NCBI RefSeq assembly: GCF_036321535.1
Contig: NC_087436.1
Span: 54,190,001 to 54,254,000, forward strand
Source of the DNA: Camelus dromedarius
Lineage: Eukaryota
Reading direction: 5' to 3'
DNA: 64,000 bases
Position numbers and translations under genes: made by a program. A model generated the notes under the pieces. It saw only the letters and a list, made by a program, of their open reading frames with translations, was not told the origin of the DNA and searched no databases. This document shows, in pieces, positions 12,651 to 26,265 of the stretch (within the stretch, counting starts at the first letter, position 1; every line of letters begins with the position of its first letter).

Positions 12651-13143
12651 CTTGTTGCTTAGTTTCTTATTCTTAATTGGGATGGTGTAAATTTCAGTGA
12701 AAATAGCTTCTCTTTCATTTTCAAAGATCTTTCTTTATGCCCTTTTCCTGATTGTTTTATGATATAAATAGCGTTAACTGTTTTCCCTTTATTTTAGTGA
12801 ATAGTTGAAATACCAAGTGATTGGAAATTTTAAAGACTTTATGGTAAATAAAATAAACAGGAAACTTTGGTAGCTTTTTATTTAAATTCATGACATAAAT
12901 TTCACATTTTATTTTCTTTTTGGAATCATTATTATATTATAATGCTCTGAATTGGAAAATGCAAAACTAACATAAATGTATACATTTTACAAAATTTAGA
13001 ATATATTGGCCAAACACACCCAGATGATCTTATTGTTGAATACTTTTTAATCAGGAAATGTTGGTGTAAAAATATTCCCTTAGCTTATATAAACATTTAT
13101 GTATTTGAAATTGAGAATAAATTTCTTTCTAATTTTTCCAAAG

Positions 13144-13255
13144 GAAAAAAGCACCACATTATGAAAACATTAACATCAAGAAAGATCAACAGCAAAATTA
13201 TTGCTTAAATCTTCCACGACTTTATGAAGTAATAATACAGCAGGAGGAAAAAAAA
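13144..13255 (+). CDS. STPG2: STPG2 internal coding exon
   Basis: tttttccaaag| acceptor and AAA|gtaagt donor, 112 nt; completes the split Gln codon of the previous exon. Translates KKAPHYENINIKKDQQQNYCLNLPRLYEVIIQQEEKK. Confidence 0.95.
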
Positions 13256-14269
13256 GTAAGTTGAAAAATAGCTACTTCATCTACTTTTTAGATTTTAAGG
13301 TCATTGAATCGTATGTCTTACTATCATGAAGTTAGAGTACTCTTGGATATACTGTGCCTGGTGGGTAGTTGTCACTCAAAGAATATTGCGGATGGAACTG
13401 ACGAACTGTATTTTAAATCTTCAAGTGATCACTCACCATCTCTGTCTTGAACACCTCTTGTGATAAAGAACTCAATACCCCTGAGGTTTCTTGATGCAGT
13501 TGCAGACAACGCTATTTTTTACAATTTCCTTCTTAAACTGACCTAAACTTACCTGCTTGCTATCTACTTATTCTCCCTTTTCTTAAGACTTCTTTTCAAT
13601 CTCCCTTTAAATCTTTAGTGAGGATAAATGTTCTAAATATCTTTGACTATTATTATTATTTAACTTAAAGATAACTTATTTTCTTTTGACGTTATCTAGG
13701 GATTTTCTTCAGTTTTTGAATCTTTCTCTCTTTAAAAAATATGATGTTGAGATCTAAGAATAATATTCTTGGTGTAGTCCAATTAGTACATAGTAAGATT
13801 TTTATCTTCATTGTTAGATAGTATATATTTATTAATGTAAAACCTTAAATACCATTGCATATTTTATTACAGCTATGTTTCAGTTTCATCATTTGGAACT
13901 TGTAGGCAAAAGAAAAAAAAAACAAGCAGAAACACTTTGGAATTTTTTTCCTCTAGTATATTGTTATATTTAAATTTAAAAACTTGAAGATTATAGGTAA
14001 AAATTATAGGATACAAATTTTAAAGTAAATCCATTTAGAGTAAGGATAAATGATTATCAGCTGAAAAATAAGTATGTCAATAAGAATTTTCTCTGTACTT
14101 CATTTTCTTGATCTTCCCCTGAATTATCAGTCAGCAAGGAAAAATATTACTTATAGAAGTATTAGAAAAAGATACAATAACAGAGTAATATAATACAATT
14201 ATTTTCATGGACTAACAATTACAATCTCAAACGATAAAATGTGTTAATTTAGAATCATGAGATAATGGT

Positions 14270-15614
14270 CTGCAGTTTTCTTGTGGTGTCTTTGTCTGAT
14301 TTTAGTATTAGGGTAATGCTGGCCTCAGAATGAGTTAGGAAGTATTCCCTCTAAAAGATGTTATGGAGAACTATAATCTCCTTAAAAGTTTTCCTTAAAT
14401 GTTTGGTAGAATTCACCCGTGAACCCATCAGGTTCTGGTGCATTTGTTTTGGAAGGTTACTAATTATTTACTCTTCCTTTTATGCAAATTTGAATTTCTG
14501 ACTAATATTATTTTCCTCTTTTTTAAGAAACAACGTTTCTTGTTAGCAGGTCTACTGGCAACAAATTTAATTTTGTTTTATTTGTCTAAGAAAGTATATC
14601 TCTCACTTTTAAAAGATAATTTTACATGGTATAGGATTCTAGGTTGGTTTTTTTCTCTCAACACTTTAAATATCTTATTCTACTCTTTTTTTGCTTGTAG
14701 AATTTCTTTGGAGAAGTCAGATGTAATTCTTTGTTTCTCCTTATGGAAGGTGTTTTTTTCCCTCTGGCTTCTTCCAGAACTTTTTTTTAATCTTTTATTT
14801 TCTGTATTTTGAAGATGATACCCTAGTGTAGTTTTTTTTTTTTTTTTTACAGTTATCCTTATTTTGGAGGCATTGGTGTTCTCCGACCTTCCTGGATCTG
14901 TGGTTTGTTGTTTGACGTTAACTTGGGGAAATTGTCAGTAATTATTTTCTCAAACATTTCTTCTGGTTCTTTCTTTCCTTTCTGATATTCCCATTATGCA
15001 TATATAACACCTTTTGTAGTTGTCACTTAGTCTTTAGATATTCTGTTTTGATTTTTTTCTGTCTTTGTTCTCTTTGCTTTTCAGTTTTGGAGGTTTCTAT
15101 TGATATATTCTCAAGGCTAGAGATTCTTTTTTCAGCTGTGTCTACTAATAAACCTATAAAGGCATTCTTCATTTTCATTTCTGTCATGATGTTTTTGATC
15201 TCTAGCATTTATTTTTCTTTTTATTTATTTATTTTTAGAACTTCCATCTCTCTGGTTATATTGCTCATCTGTTCTTGCACTTTTTTTTTTTTACCCATTA
15301 GAGCCCTTAGAATATTAATATACATATTTTAAATTCCTGATCTAATTGATTGCACTCTCTGCAGTGCCTGGTTCCTAGTTCTGTTGTTTACTGTGTCTTC
15401 TAATGGTGTTTTTTGCTTTCTAATATTTGCTGTAATTTTTTCTTGATAACTGGGTGTCTTAGCTTGGGTGGCTATAACAGAATACTATAGACTAGTTGGC
15501 TTTTAAAAAAGACAAATTTATTCCTTATAGTTCTGTGAGGCTGGGAGGTCCAAGATCAAGGGACCAGCAGATTCATTATCTGTTGAAGGCCTGCTTCCTG
15601 GTCATAGACGGTCA

Positions 15615-15651
<37 letters not shown>

Positions 15652-16660
15652 TTTTTGAATAGTGGAAGGGTCAAGGGAACTCTCCTGGGTGTTTTTGTTA
15701 ATTTTTTTAAATAAAGGCATTAATTTTGTTAATGAGAACTCTGCCCTCATGAGTTAATCACATCCCAGAGGCACCACCTTCAGATACCATCACATTGGGG
15801 CAATAGGTTTAAACATGTATGTTGGAGGAACATAAACATTCAGTCTCTAGCACTTGATAGGATTTATCAGGTAGAGGAACTGTTGAAAATATGCCTTTAG
15901 TAATGTGGTCTGGAAGAGCTATAATCCTATGACTAGCTCTCAGTGTTTTCGTGAGCCCATGCCTCTGGACTGTGAGCATCAAAAGTGTTTTCTCAGTTTT
16001 TTTTTTTTTTTCCTTTTTTCTCCCTTAGTTGGCATAGGGCGGCTGGTGTGGGCTGGAGTTAGGTATTGCCTTTATCTTTGTGGAAAGCTAGGACTGGCAA
16101 GAGTGTTTTCCTTCCCCAAGGTCTATTAGATGCTAAGAATGTTCCAGCAGTTTAGGCTGCGGTTAATTAGATTCTCCTCAGAGTAGGCATTGTTAAGAAA
16201 AACAGTGCTCTGGTTTATTTCAGAATGGTTCCTTTCCCTCTAACTCTGCCAGAAGGATAAGGGAATTTTACTCTAATATTTACTGTGAGAACCTAGTAGA
16301 GCTCCTGGAGGTAAATCAGAATTGTGGGGTCCTCCTCTACGACTAAGGTCCTGGAGTTTTTAACTTTCAGGCTTGTCTGCACTAAGCTTGCAGCAATTCA
16401 TCAGTTACAGTTCAGATTTTCCTACCCTGGCACTGGTTCCCACAGTGCCAGGGTAGGAAGTTTCTACTCTGGTAAGCTATGACTCCTTGTGTTTGTCTGT
16501 CTCTCCAATTTTGGGGACAGCCATTTGCCCTGAGTTCTCTGCTGTCTCATGGATCCAAGAAGAGTTTGATTTTTCATTCTGTTCAGGTTTTTACTTATTA
16601 GGGAGGAGTGGCAACATTCAAGTTTCTTACATGTGGAACTGGAAACTCAAATTTGGGAAA
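14270..16660 (-). mobile_element. Old L1M element (5'UTR and ORF1 remnant plus a short ORF2 piece), internally deleted
   Basis: ORF 15023..15208(-) MLEIKNIMTEMK...AEKRISSLE is L1 ORF1 coiled-coil-like; 14270-14470 resembles ORF2. Confidence 0.8.
15455..15852 (-). mobile_element. MaLR solo LTR (MLT1A-like) nested in L1
   Basis: tgtcttagcttgggtggctataacag...cattcagtctctagca; TG...CA ends. Confidence 0.8.
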
Positions 16661-16689
16661 CAAGTTTTTTAAATGTAAAATATTTTCTA

Positions 16690-18828
16690 GAAGGAACATC
16701 AATGATATGGTGAACTCAGAGTCCCAACATTGTTCTCTCCCCACAAAAAAAATAGCACTCAATAAACAACTGTATACTGATGAAAACAGCTCTGGGGAAG
16801 CTCTGGACTATAGTAAAGAAGCTATAGAAACCCCAAGGAGCTCAAAAACTAAGGATGATTACATAGAAAATTGTAGGAGGCATTTAACCTATGTCACCTC
16901 ATCCTTCAGTCCATCACAGTTCATTGTCAAGAAGGATCCTATCAGTGAGACCTCCCCCAAGGTGGGAAAGGAGAGCAGGCAGAACCTGGCAGCCCTTGTC
17001 ATTACCACGGACATCTGAAACTTTCACTAGGGAGGATACTCTCAGTGTTCATCAATGCTTAAGCCAGCTGATGGAGCTACCTGGATTTCATGCCACTGTG
17101 TCTCTCTTGGAGAAGGAGCTGCCACAATCTCCCTTATCCCCCCCAGGGCTCTAGCCACTACCCACCTTTCACAGCCATGCACACAACCAAGACCCTGGCT
17201 CTGTGGCAGTTCTCTGTGGGTCCACATCTCAGACACTGGCATCACCACCACTGCAGTAAGTATGCTCCTGCACCAGACCAACTCCATGAGGGATCTCTTT
17301 GGCCATGACATACCCCTGGGGAGACTTTGCTGAGGAATACTGCAGTAGCCTTTGACATTGAGGATCCCAACAGCCTTTGATGCAGCACCACATCCAGGTG
17401 CTGTGGGTACCTGCAGCCTTGGCTGACAAAGAACCCTACGGTCTTGGATGACATTTACCTCAAGTGTTGGACTTTCATGGAGGGTATTCTTTTTCTTGGA
17501 GTGTATATCTTTTTGAAATTGGAACCTCTGCTCTGGTCCCCTGGAGCAGGAGCCACCACACCCCACCTAGCTGGTGCCCTCACAACCATCCATAGGTATT
17601 TTCCTCACTGAAGCCAGCCCATAATGTCTGGAAGAAGTGACTGCTCCCTCAAATATGAGACATCAACAAAGCTACAGGAAACAAACAAAAAAACAGGACA
17701 ACACCGAAGGATAAGAATAATTTTCTAGTAACCGGCCCCCTCAAAATGGAGGTCTACTAATTGCCTGTCAATGAATTCAAAACTTGTAGCTCACAGAGTT
17801 TCCTTAATACAAGATAACAAAGATATACAGCTCAACGAAATCAGGGTAACAATACATGAATAAAATGAGAAGTTTAACAAAGGTGGAAATCATAAAGAAC
17901 CAAACAAATTCTGGAGCTGAAAAATACAATGAGAAATGAATAATGCAGTAGGGAACTTCAGTAATAGACCTATTCATGTCTAAGATGGAATCTGTGAACT
18001 TGAAGAGAGGTCATTTGAAATGAAGAAGAGAAAAAAGGTAAAAGAATGAAAATTAGTGAAGAAAGCCTGCAGGATTTACGGGACACTGTTAGAGAGTCAA
18101 TGTACACATTTTGGGAGTCTCAGAAGGCGTAGAGAGAGAAAGGGGCAGAAAGAAATAATGGCTGAAAACTTCCCAAATCATTTAGGAAAGGAAGGATATG
18201 CATATTTATGAAGCTCAAAGGTCCTGAAAGAAATATTATACTGAGATACATTATAATCAAATTATGAAAAGTCAATGACAAAGAATTTTAAATGCAGCAA
18301 GAGAACTACAGCTCATCACTTATAAGGAATTCCTCCCTCCCTCCCCACCTTCCTCCATAAGAAATATAAGTGCGTTTCTCAGCAAATACCTTGAGGCTTA
18401 TAGAGAGTGGGAAGACATACTCAAAGTACTGAAAGGAAAACACCTGCCAAATAAGAATACTATACCTGGAAATATTATTCTTTAGAAATGGAGAGATATA
18501 AGATGTGCTTAAGGGATTTTTTTTTCAAATTATGATAGAAACATGCTGAACAGCAATGTGAAAATTTAAATCTGTCGGGTAAAGTGTATAACCATATACA
18601 GATTAATGTAACACAGTAAAGATGTGCATAAATTATTTTAACCCTAAAAGTCAATAGGTAAATGTATTTTTTAATGGTATGCAATATAAAAAGGAGCAAA
18701 CTCTCTACAAGAACACAAAATATATGTGTATGTGGGGGTAGGAAAAGGTTAGTGTTTTTCTATGTGATTGGAATTAAGTTGTTATCAAGTTAAAGTGGAA
18801 GGTTTTAACTACAGGATTGTAATTACAG
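16690..18828 (+). mobile_element. Old L1 5'UTR plus decayed ORF1, 3' part lost
   Basis: GC-richer 5'UTR, then ORF1-like gaaattctggagctgaaaaatacaatg...aataatggctgaaaacttcccaaat...agaatactatacc. Confidence 0.8.
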
Positions 18829-19030
18829 GTTCTTTTTCTGTAGCAGTCCAGTTTTCCCAGCTCAACTTATTGAAGAGACTGTCGTGTCTCCATTGTATAT
18901 TCTCGCCTCCTTTATTGTAGATTAATTTACCATATGTGTGTGGGTTTATTTCTGGGCTCTCTATCCTATTCTCTTGATCTAAGTCCCTGTTTTTATGTCA
19001 GTACCATACTATTTTGATTGCTGTAGCTTT

Positions 19031-19156
19031 TCTGGGGGGTGAGGGATGTAATTAGGTTTAGTAATTAATTATTTTTTAATGGAGGTACTGAGGATTGAAC
19101 CCGGGGCCTCATGTGTGCTAAGCGTGCACTCCACCACTGAGCTATACCCTCCCCCC
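19031..19156 (-). mobile_element. tRNA-derived SINE (Vic-1-like, camelid) inserted in L1
   Basis: Minus strand reads ggggagggtatagctcagtgg (A box) ... gggttcaatcc (B box) ... taaacctaatta tail. Target-site duplication tgattgctgtagcttt (19015-19030) / tgattactgaagctct (19157-19172). Confidence 0.85.
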
Positions 19157-19766
19157 TGATTACTGAAGCTCTGTAGTATAGTCTGAAGTCAGGGAGCATG
19201 ATTTCTCCAGCTCTGTTCTTTCTCAAGATTGTTTGGGATATTTAGAGTCTTGTGTTTCTATACAAATTTTAAAATTATTTGTTCTTGTTTTGTGAAAAAT
19301 GCTCTTTGTATTTTGATAGGGATTGCATTGAACCTCTAGACTGCCTTGTGTAGTGTGGTCATTTTAACAATATTGATTCTTCCAATTCAGGAACACAATG
19401 TATTTTCTCATCTGTTGCTGTCTTCAGTTTCTTTCATCAGTGTTAGTTTTCAGAGTAGAGGTCCTTTGCCTCCTTTGGTAGGTTTAATCCTAGGTATTTA
19501 ATTCTTTTTGATGCAGTGGTGAATGGGATTATTTCCTTAATTTCTCTGAAAGTTTGTTATTAGTGTGTAGAAATGCAAAGATTTCTGTATATTAATTTTG
19601 TATTCTGTAACTTTGCTGAGTTCATTGATGAGCTGTAGAAGTTTTCTGGTTGCATCTTTAGGATTTTCTGTGAATAGTATGTCATTTGCAAACTGTGACA
19701 GTTTTATTTTTTCCTTTCCACTTTGGATTCCTTTTAATTCTTTTTCTTTATTTCTGTGGCTAGGAC

Positions 19767-19987
19767 TTGCAAAACTATATTGAATACAAGTGGAGAGATG
19801 GGCATCCTTTTCTTATTCCTTCTCTTGGAGGGAATACTTTCAGCTTTTCACTGTTGAATATGGTGTTAGCTGTGGGTTTGCAAAACTATACTGAATACAA
19901 GTGGAGAGATGGGCATCCTTTTCTTATTCCTTCTCTTGGAGGGAATACTTTAAGCTTTTCACTGTTGAATATGGTGTTAGCTGTGTG
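19767..19987. repeat. 111-bp near-perfect tandem duplication inside L1 ORF2
   Basis: Units begin ttgcaaaacta at 19767 and 19878; also visible as a 37-aa repeat in ORF 19767..19991. Confidence 0.95.
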
Positions 19988-22900
19988 TTGAGATATTTTC
20001 CCTCTGTACCACTTTCTGGAGAGGTTTTTTTTTTTTTATCATAAATGGATGTTGATTTTATTGAAAGCTTTTTCTGCATCTATTGAGATGATCATATGGT
20101 TTTTATTCTTCAATTTGTTAATGTGGTGTATTATGCTGATTGATTTGCAGATACTGAGAAATCCTTGCATCCCTGGGATATATCCTACTTGATCATAGTG
20201 TATGATCTTTTAAATATATTGTTGGCTTTGCTTTGCTAGTATTTTGTTGAGGATTTTTGCATAGATGTTCATAAGTGACATTGGCTTATAATTTTCATTT
20301 TTTGGCATATCTTTGTCTGGTTTTGGTATCAAGGTGATGGTGGCCTCACAGAATGAGTTCAGAAGTATTGCTTCTTCTGCAGTTTTTTGGAATAATTTCA
20401 GAAGGCTAGGTGTTAACTCTTCTCTAAATGTTTGGTGGAATTTGACTGTGAAGCTATCTGGTCCTGGACTTTTGTTTCTTGAGAGTTTTTAAATTACTGA
20501 TCCAATTTCAGTACTGGTAATTGGTCTGTTCATATTTTCTATTTCTTCCTGATTCAGGCTTGGGAGATTGTACCTTTCTAATAATTTGTCCATTTTTTCT
20601 AGATTGTCCATTTTATTGGTGTATAGTTGTTCATAGTCTCTCATGATCCTTTGTATTTTTGTGGTGTCGGTTGTAACTTCTTTTTCACTTTTGATTTTAT
20701 TGATTTGGGCTCTTTCCCTTTTTTTCTTGATAAGTATGGCTAAAGGTTTATCAATTTTGTTTATCTTTTCAAAGAACCGCTTTTAGTTTCTTGATTGATG
20801 TTTTCTGTTTTTTTTAAAGTCTCTTTCATTTATTTCTTCTCTGATCTTTATGATTTCTTTCCTTCTGCTAACTTTGGGTTTTGTTCTTTCTGTAGTTGCT
20901 ATAGGTGTAAGTTAGGTTGTTTAGTTGAGATTTTTCATGTTTCCTGAGGTAAACTTGTATTGTTATAAACTTTCCTCTTAGAACCATTCTTGCTGTGTCC
21001 CAGAGGTTTTGAATCATTGTGTTTTTGTTTTCATTTGTCTCCACATGTTTTTTGATTTTCTCTTTAATGTATTCATTGATTCAGTGGTTCTTTAGTTATT
21101 ATCTTGTTTAACCTCCACATATTTGTGTTTTTTACAGTCCCTTGTAAAGAATATGTATTTTGCTGCTTTGGGGTGGAGTGGTCTATAAATACCAATTAAG
21201 TCCATTTTGTCTAATATGTCATTTAAGGCCCATGCTTCCTTACTGATTTTCAGTCTGGATGATCTGTCCATTATTGTAAGTGGGGTGTTAAGATCCTCCA
21301 CTATTAGCGTATTAACTGTCAATTTCTCTTTTGTGTCTGTTAATGTTTGTCCTATATTTTTAGGTGCTCTTATGTTGGGTGCATATATGTTGTTATATCT
21401 TCTTCTTGGATTAATCACCTGATCATTATGTAGTGTCCTTTTTCTCTTGTAACAGTCTTTATTTTAAAGTCTATTTTGTATGATAGAAGTATTGCTACAC
21501 TGGCTTTCTTTTGATTTCCATTTACATGAACACCTTTTTCTATCCCTTCACTTTCAGTCTGTATGTGTCTCTAGATGGGAAATGAGTCTCTTATAGGCAA
21601 CATATATAGGGGCTTTGTTTTTGTATCAGCCAGCCTGTGTCTTTTGGTTGGAGCATTTAGGCCATTTGCATTTAAGGTTATTATTGATATGTATGTTCTT
21701 ATTGACATTTTGTTAATTGTTTTGAATTTGTTTTTGTAGGTCTTTTTTCCTCCCCTTTCTTCTTTGGTTCTCTTCATTTGTGAATTGATGATTATCTTTA
21801 GTGTTAGGTTTGGATTCCTTTTGTGTGTGTGTGTGTGCATCTATTGTAGATTTTTGGTTTGTGATTACCATGAGGTTTTGTATAGCAGTCTATATATATG
21901 TATATGATTGTTTTAAGTTGCTGATCTTTTAATTTCAAACACGTAACAATCCTGCATTTGTATTCTTCTTCCCTCATAATTACTGTTTTTTGTATTCTAT
22001 TTTCTATATAATTGTTTTGTGTATCCCTTAACTGCTAATTGTGAATATGGATGATTTTTACTACTTTTGTCTTTTAACCTCCCTACCAGCTTTCTATGTG
22101 TGGATGATTTCCTACCTTTACTGTATACTTGCCTTTATGGATGAGTTTTTTCATTTTGTAATTTCCTTGTTTTTAGTTGTGGCCTTCTCTTTTCAACCTA
22201 GAAAAATTCCTTTGACGTTTCTTGTAAAGCTGATTTGTTAATGCTAAACTCTTTCAGCTTTTGCTTATCTGTAAAGCTTTAGATTTATCTATCAAATCTG
22301 AATGAGAGCCTTTCTGGGTAGAGTATTCTCTGTTGTAGGTTTTTCACTTTGATCACTTTAAATATATGATGCCATTCCCTTCTGGCTTGCAGGGTTTCTG
22401 CTGAAAAATCAGCTGATAGCCTTATGTTATGTTATTTATTTGTTATATATGTTATTTGTTGCCTTTCCCTTGATGCCCTTGATGCCTTTAATATTCTCTG
22501 TTTATCTTTAATTTTTGTCATTTTAATTAGAATGCTTCTTTGTGTCTTCCTCTTTGGGTTAACCCTGCATGGGGCTCTCTGTGCTTCCTGGACTTGGATA
22601 TTTGTTTCCTCTCTCAGGTTAGGGAAGTTTTCAGCTATTATTTCTTCGAATATTTTATTAGAGCCTTTCTCTCTTCTCTTTCTGGGACCTCTGTAATGTG
22701 AATTCGTGTGATTGATGTTGTCCCAGAGGTTTCTTAAACTGTCCTTATAACTTTTCATTCTTTTTTCTTTTTCTGTTCAGTGGCAGTGATTTCCACTACT
22801 CTGTCTTCAGCTCTCTGATCCATTTCTGTGTATCATTTAATCTACTATAAATTCCTTCTAGTGTATTTTTCATTTCAGTTATTGTATTCTTCATTTCTGT

Positions 22901-24659
22901 TTGGTTGTTCTTTAACTCTTTGTTAAGAATTGTAACTTCTTGTTCTGTGCATTCATTCCTCTCCCAAGTTCTTTGATCATCTTTATGATTGTTCCTCTGA
23001 ACTCCTTCTCAGGTAGATCTCCACTTCACTTAGTTCTTCTTCTGGGGTTTTATCTTGTTCCTTCATCTGGAAAGTGTTCCTCTACCAGCTCATCTTGTCT
23101 ATGTTGCTCTTTTTTTTTTTTTTTTTTTTCTGTATGTGGTAGGTTAATTGCTTTTTCTACCTTGTTGATGTGACCTTCTGTAGGAGCCATCCTATTTGTC
23201 CCAGCAGTACCTTCTCATCACCAAAGTTACATGCTCTAAGGGTTCCCCCTAAGAGGGCTGCATGGATCCTTCTGTTGTGGTGGGCTGATTATGTGGCTGG
23301 TCTGATAGCTTGATTGGCCCCTAGTCCAGTTGTTTGCCAGGTTCTGCCTTGTGCAGATGCTACTTGTTCTTGTTTAATAGGGCTTGGTCACAAAATGGTT
23401 GGCTGTAGAACCATAGGAGGTCCTGCAGCTAGTGCTTGCTCACTGGTGGCTGGAGTCAGGGTCCTGAGCACTCCAGGGCTGTTGCCCGCCCACTGGTGGG
23501 TGAAGCCAGGTCCTATGGTTAGTGCTTGTCCACTGGCAGGCAGAGCTGTTTCATGGATTCTGGCTACAAGGCCCAGGGAGCCTAGAGCTCATTTCAGATC
23601 ATTGGTGGTTGGTGGAGCCAGTTCCAGACACAGAGACACAGTTGGGTATGTGGTCCAGGGTGTCCTGAAGCTTGCATTGACTTTCTGATGAACATGGCCA
23701 GGGCCCAGCTGGTTCCAGCATAGAGCCTGGCCTGTTGTGGTGGGCTGGATCCATAGGCGCGGGATCATAGTTTTCCTGCATCTGGTATCTGCCCCCTGGT
23801 GGGTAGAGTTGAGTCTTGACCATCTGTTGGGTAAGGCCGCCTCTAGGAGCATGTCTAGAGGTGATTGTGGGCTCAGGTAGTCTTGAAGCAGCCTATCTGC
23901 TGATGGGTGGGGCTGTGTCCCTGCCCAGTTAGTTACTTGGCCTGAGGTATCTCAGTACTGTTGCCTACAGGATGTTGGGTAGGGCCAGGTCTTGGTGCTA
24001 ATGATCTAAGATGGCAACCACCAGCAGCAGTGTTCATGTGGTATAATATTCCTAAATATGGCTACCCCCCATGTCTGTGTACCCCGAGTGAGCTGCAGCT
24101 GGCTCCCACCTCCCCAGAAGACTCTTCAAGATCAGCAGGTAAGTCTTGCTCAGGCTTACATTGCTTTTTCCCTGGTTGCTGGTGTGCATGAGATTTTATG
24201 TTAGTCCTTAACAGTGAAGTCTCTATTTCCCTAGTCCTGTGGCTTCCAAAACTAAGCTCAGCTGGTCTTCAGAGCCAAATGCTCTGGGGGATTGTCTTCC
24301 TGGTGCAGGGGACCCCTGAACTGATGAGTTCGATGTGGGGCTTAGAACTCTCACTCCTGTGGAAGAACCTCTACAGTATAATTATTCTCCAGTTTGTGAG
24401 CTGTCCACCTGTGAGTATGGGATTTGATTATATTGCAAGTCTGTACCTCCTACCCATCTTATGGTTTCTTCCTTATGTCTTTAGTTGTACAGTATTTTTT
24501 TTCTGGTGTGTTCCATTCTTTTTCCTCAATGGTTGTTCTACAGATAGTTGTGCTTTTAGTGTGCTCATGAGAGGAAGCTAGTTCGGGGTTTTTGTACTCT
24601 ATCATCTTGCCTTAACCTCAAAATACACTTCATTTTAATTTAGAAGTTTGCTTTGTTGA

Positions 24660-25495
24660 AAAAATAGTTTTATTGAGATATAATTGACCTACAATATAAT
24701 TCATCCATTTAAAGTATATAATTTGATGTTTTAATATATTTGCAGTGTTGTACAACCATCACCACATCAATTTTAGAATATTTAACTCACCCCAGTTAGC
24801 AGTCATTTCCATTTACCCCCAATTCTCCTAGCTCTATGCAATCAATTTACTTTCTTTCTCTGTAGATTTACCTATCTGGATATTTCACATATATATATGG
24901 GATCATTGTCTTTTGGTGACTGGCTTCTTTCACTTGGCATAATGTTTTCCATGTTGTAGCATGTATCAATATTTCATTTCTTTTTATGGCTGAATAATAT
25001 TCCATTGTATGGTTCTACCACATTTTGTTTATCCATTCCTCAGTTGGTGCACATTTGAGTCATATCTACTTTTTGGCTAAGAATAAAAATAAGTATAAAA
25101 ATATGCTAAAAGAGCATAAGAAAAATGAGCATAGTAATAATGCTATAAACATTGGTGTACAAGGCTGTGTGTGGACATATGTTTTCATTTATCTTGGGTA
25201 GGAGTGGAGTTGCTGTATAATATTACAAGTTTGACTTTTTTTGTGGAACTATTCTGCAAAGCAGCTGCACTGTTTTACATTATAATCACCAAAGTATGAA
25301 GGTTCTAATTTCTCTAAATCATTGCAACACTTGCTATTATCTTTTTAATTATAGTCATCCTAGTGGGTGTGAAATGATAATTTATTGTGGTTTTGTTTTG
25401 CATTTCCTGAAAACTAATGATGTTTAGAGATCTTTTGCACATTTTAAAATTGGAGTATTTTTTTTTTTATTATTGACTTATAAGAATTTTATAAG
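24660..25495 (-). mobile_element. L1MB-like 3' end
   Basis: ttttattgagatataattgac...tggcttctttcacttggcataatgtt...gtcatcctagtgggtgtgaaatg. Confidence 0.8.
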
Positions 25496-26265
25496 TTTGA
25501 TTTGATTTTCTCTTATGATTAATTTGATTGACACTATTTCTTATATATGGAATCTTTTTTAAAAAAATATATCTATCTTAGGTCTCCAGTTACACCATTG
25601 TTCTTAGAGGACAAGAATCTTTTATTCTACTTGTTTTTCTGTATACATATAGTTAGTGCAGTGAGATATGTAATGTTTAATAATGCTTTTTGAATGAATT
25701 GATTACAGATCTGAAGAAATGAGCAGTTTTATTTTAAAATTTGAATTTAGAGAAAAAGTTCTTATGTTTTCTCTTTCATCCCATTTATAATATTATCTTA
25801 GGAGGATAAGTTTTAAAGCAATAAATTAAACAAATAAGTGCTCCAATGTCTTTAGGTTTAAGCATTTTTTAAATTGTACAACAAAATACAGTATATATTA
25901 ATGTGAGTATAAATATGAATGATAGTGTTTTTTATTTATCATATTCCTGAGATCTATTTAATTCTGTTGTATACATGGTATTGTTACAATATATATTTTG
26001 AATGTATTATGTCACTTTACTCTATTGAGAACTTTTGTTAAGAAACACAAACATTAACTTTTACTCAAACTGAATGTTTTCCACAGGAATATGTTCTGCC
26101 TTTGGCAATTAAAATTATTTTTAGTATCGTCCTTAACATTAATGAAGTCTTTAACATACAAAAATATTTAATGATAATTTCTATTGAAGTTCTTTGATTT
26201 GGTGAGAAAAAACTTACGAAGTTGCTGTAATAACTTCTGATCAGTTAAAAAAAATGGAGTAAAAT

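Larger units (their letters stand above)
18830..24620 (-). mobile_element. Large decayed L1 (5'UTR, ORF1, most of ORF2; 3' end missing)
   Basis: ORF fragments: 22432..22758 (IFEEIIAENFPNL, ORF1), 21571..21840 (ISIITLNANGLNAPTKRHR, start of ORF2 endonuclease) and 21092..21418 (NIYAPN...DLNTPLT). Many frameshifts. Confidence 0.95.

Noticed and set aside
16608..17566. Cluster of overlapping ORFs up to 174 aa
   Set aside because: They lie in a GC-richer L1 5'UTR where stops are rarer, and show no recognisable protein similarity.
19070..19156. Possible tRNA gene
   Set aside because: It has a SINE tail and TSD and lacks a convincing cloverleaf, so it is a tRNA-derived SINE.
23314..24581. ORFs of 74-127 aa
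   Set aside because: Chance ORFs within the L1 5'UTR.
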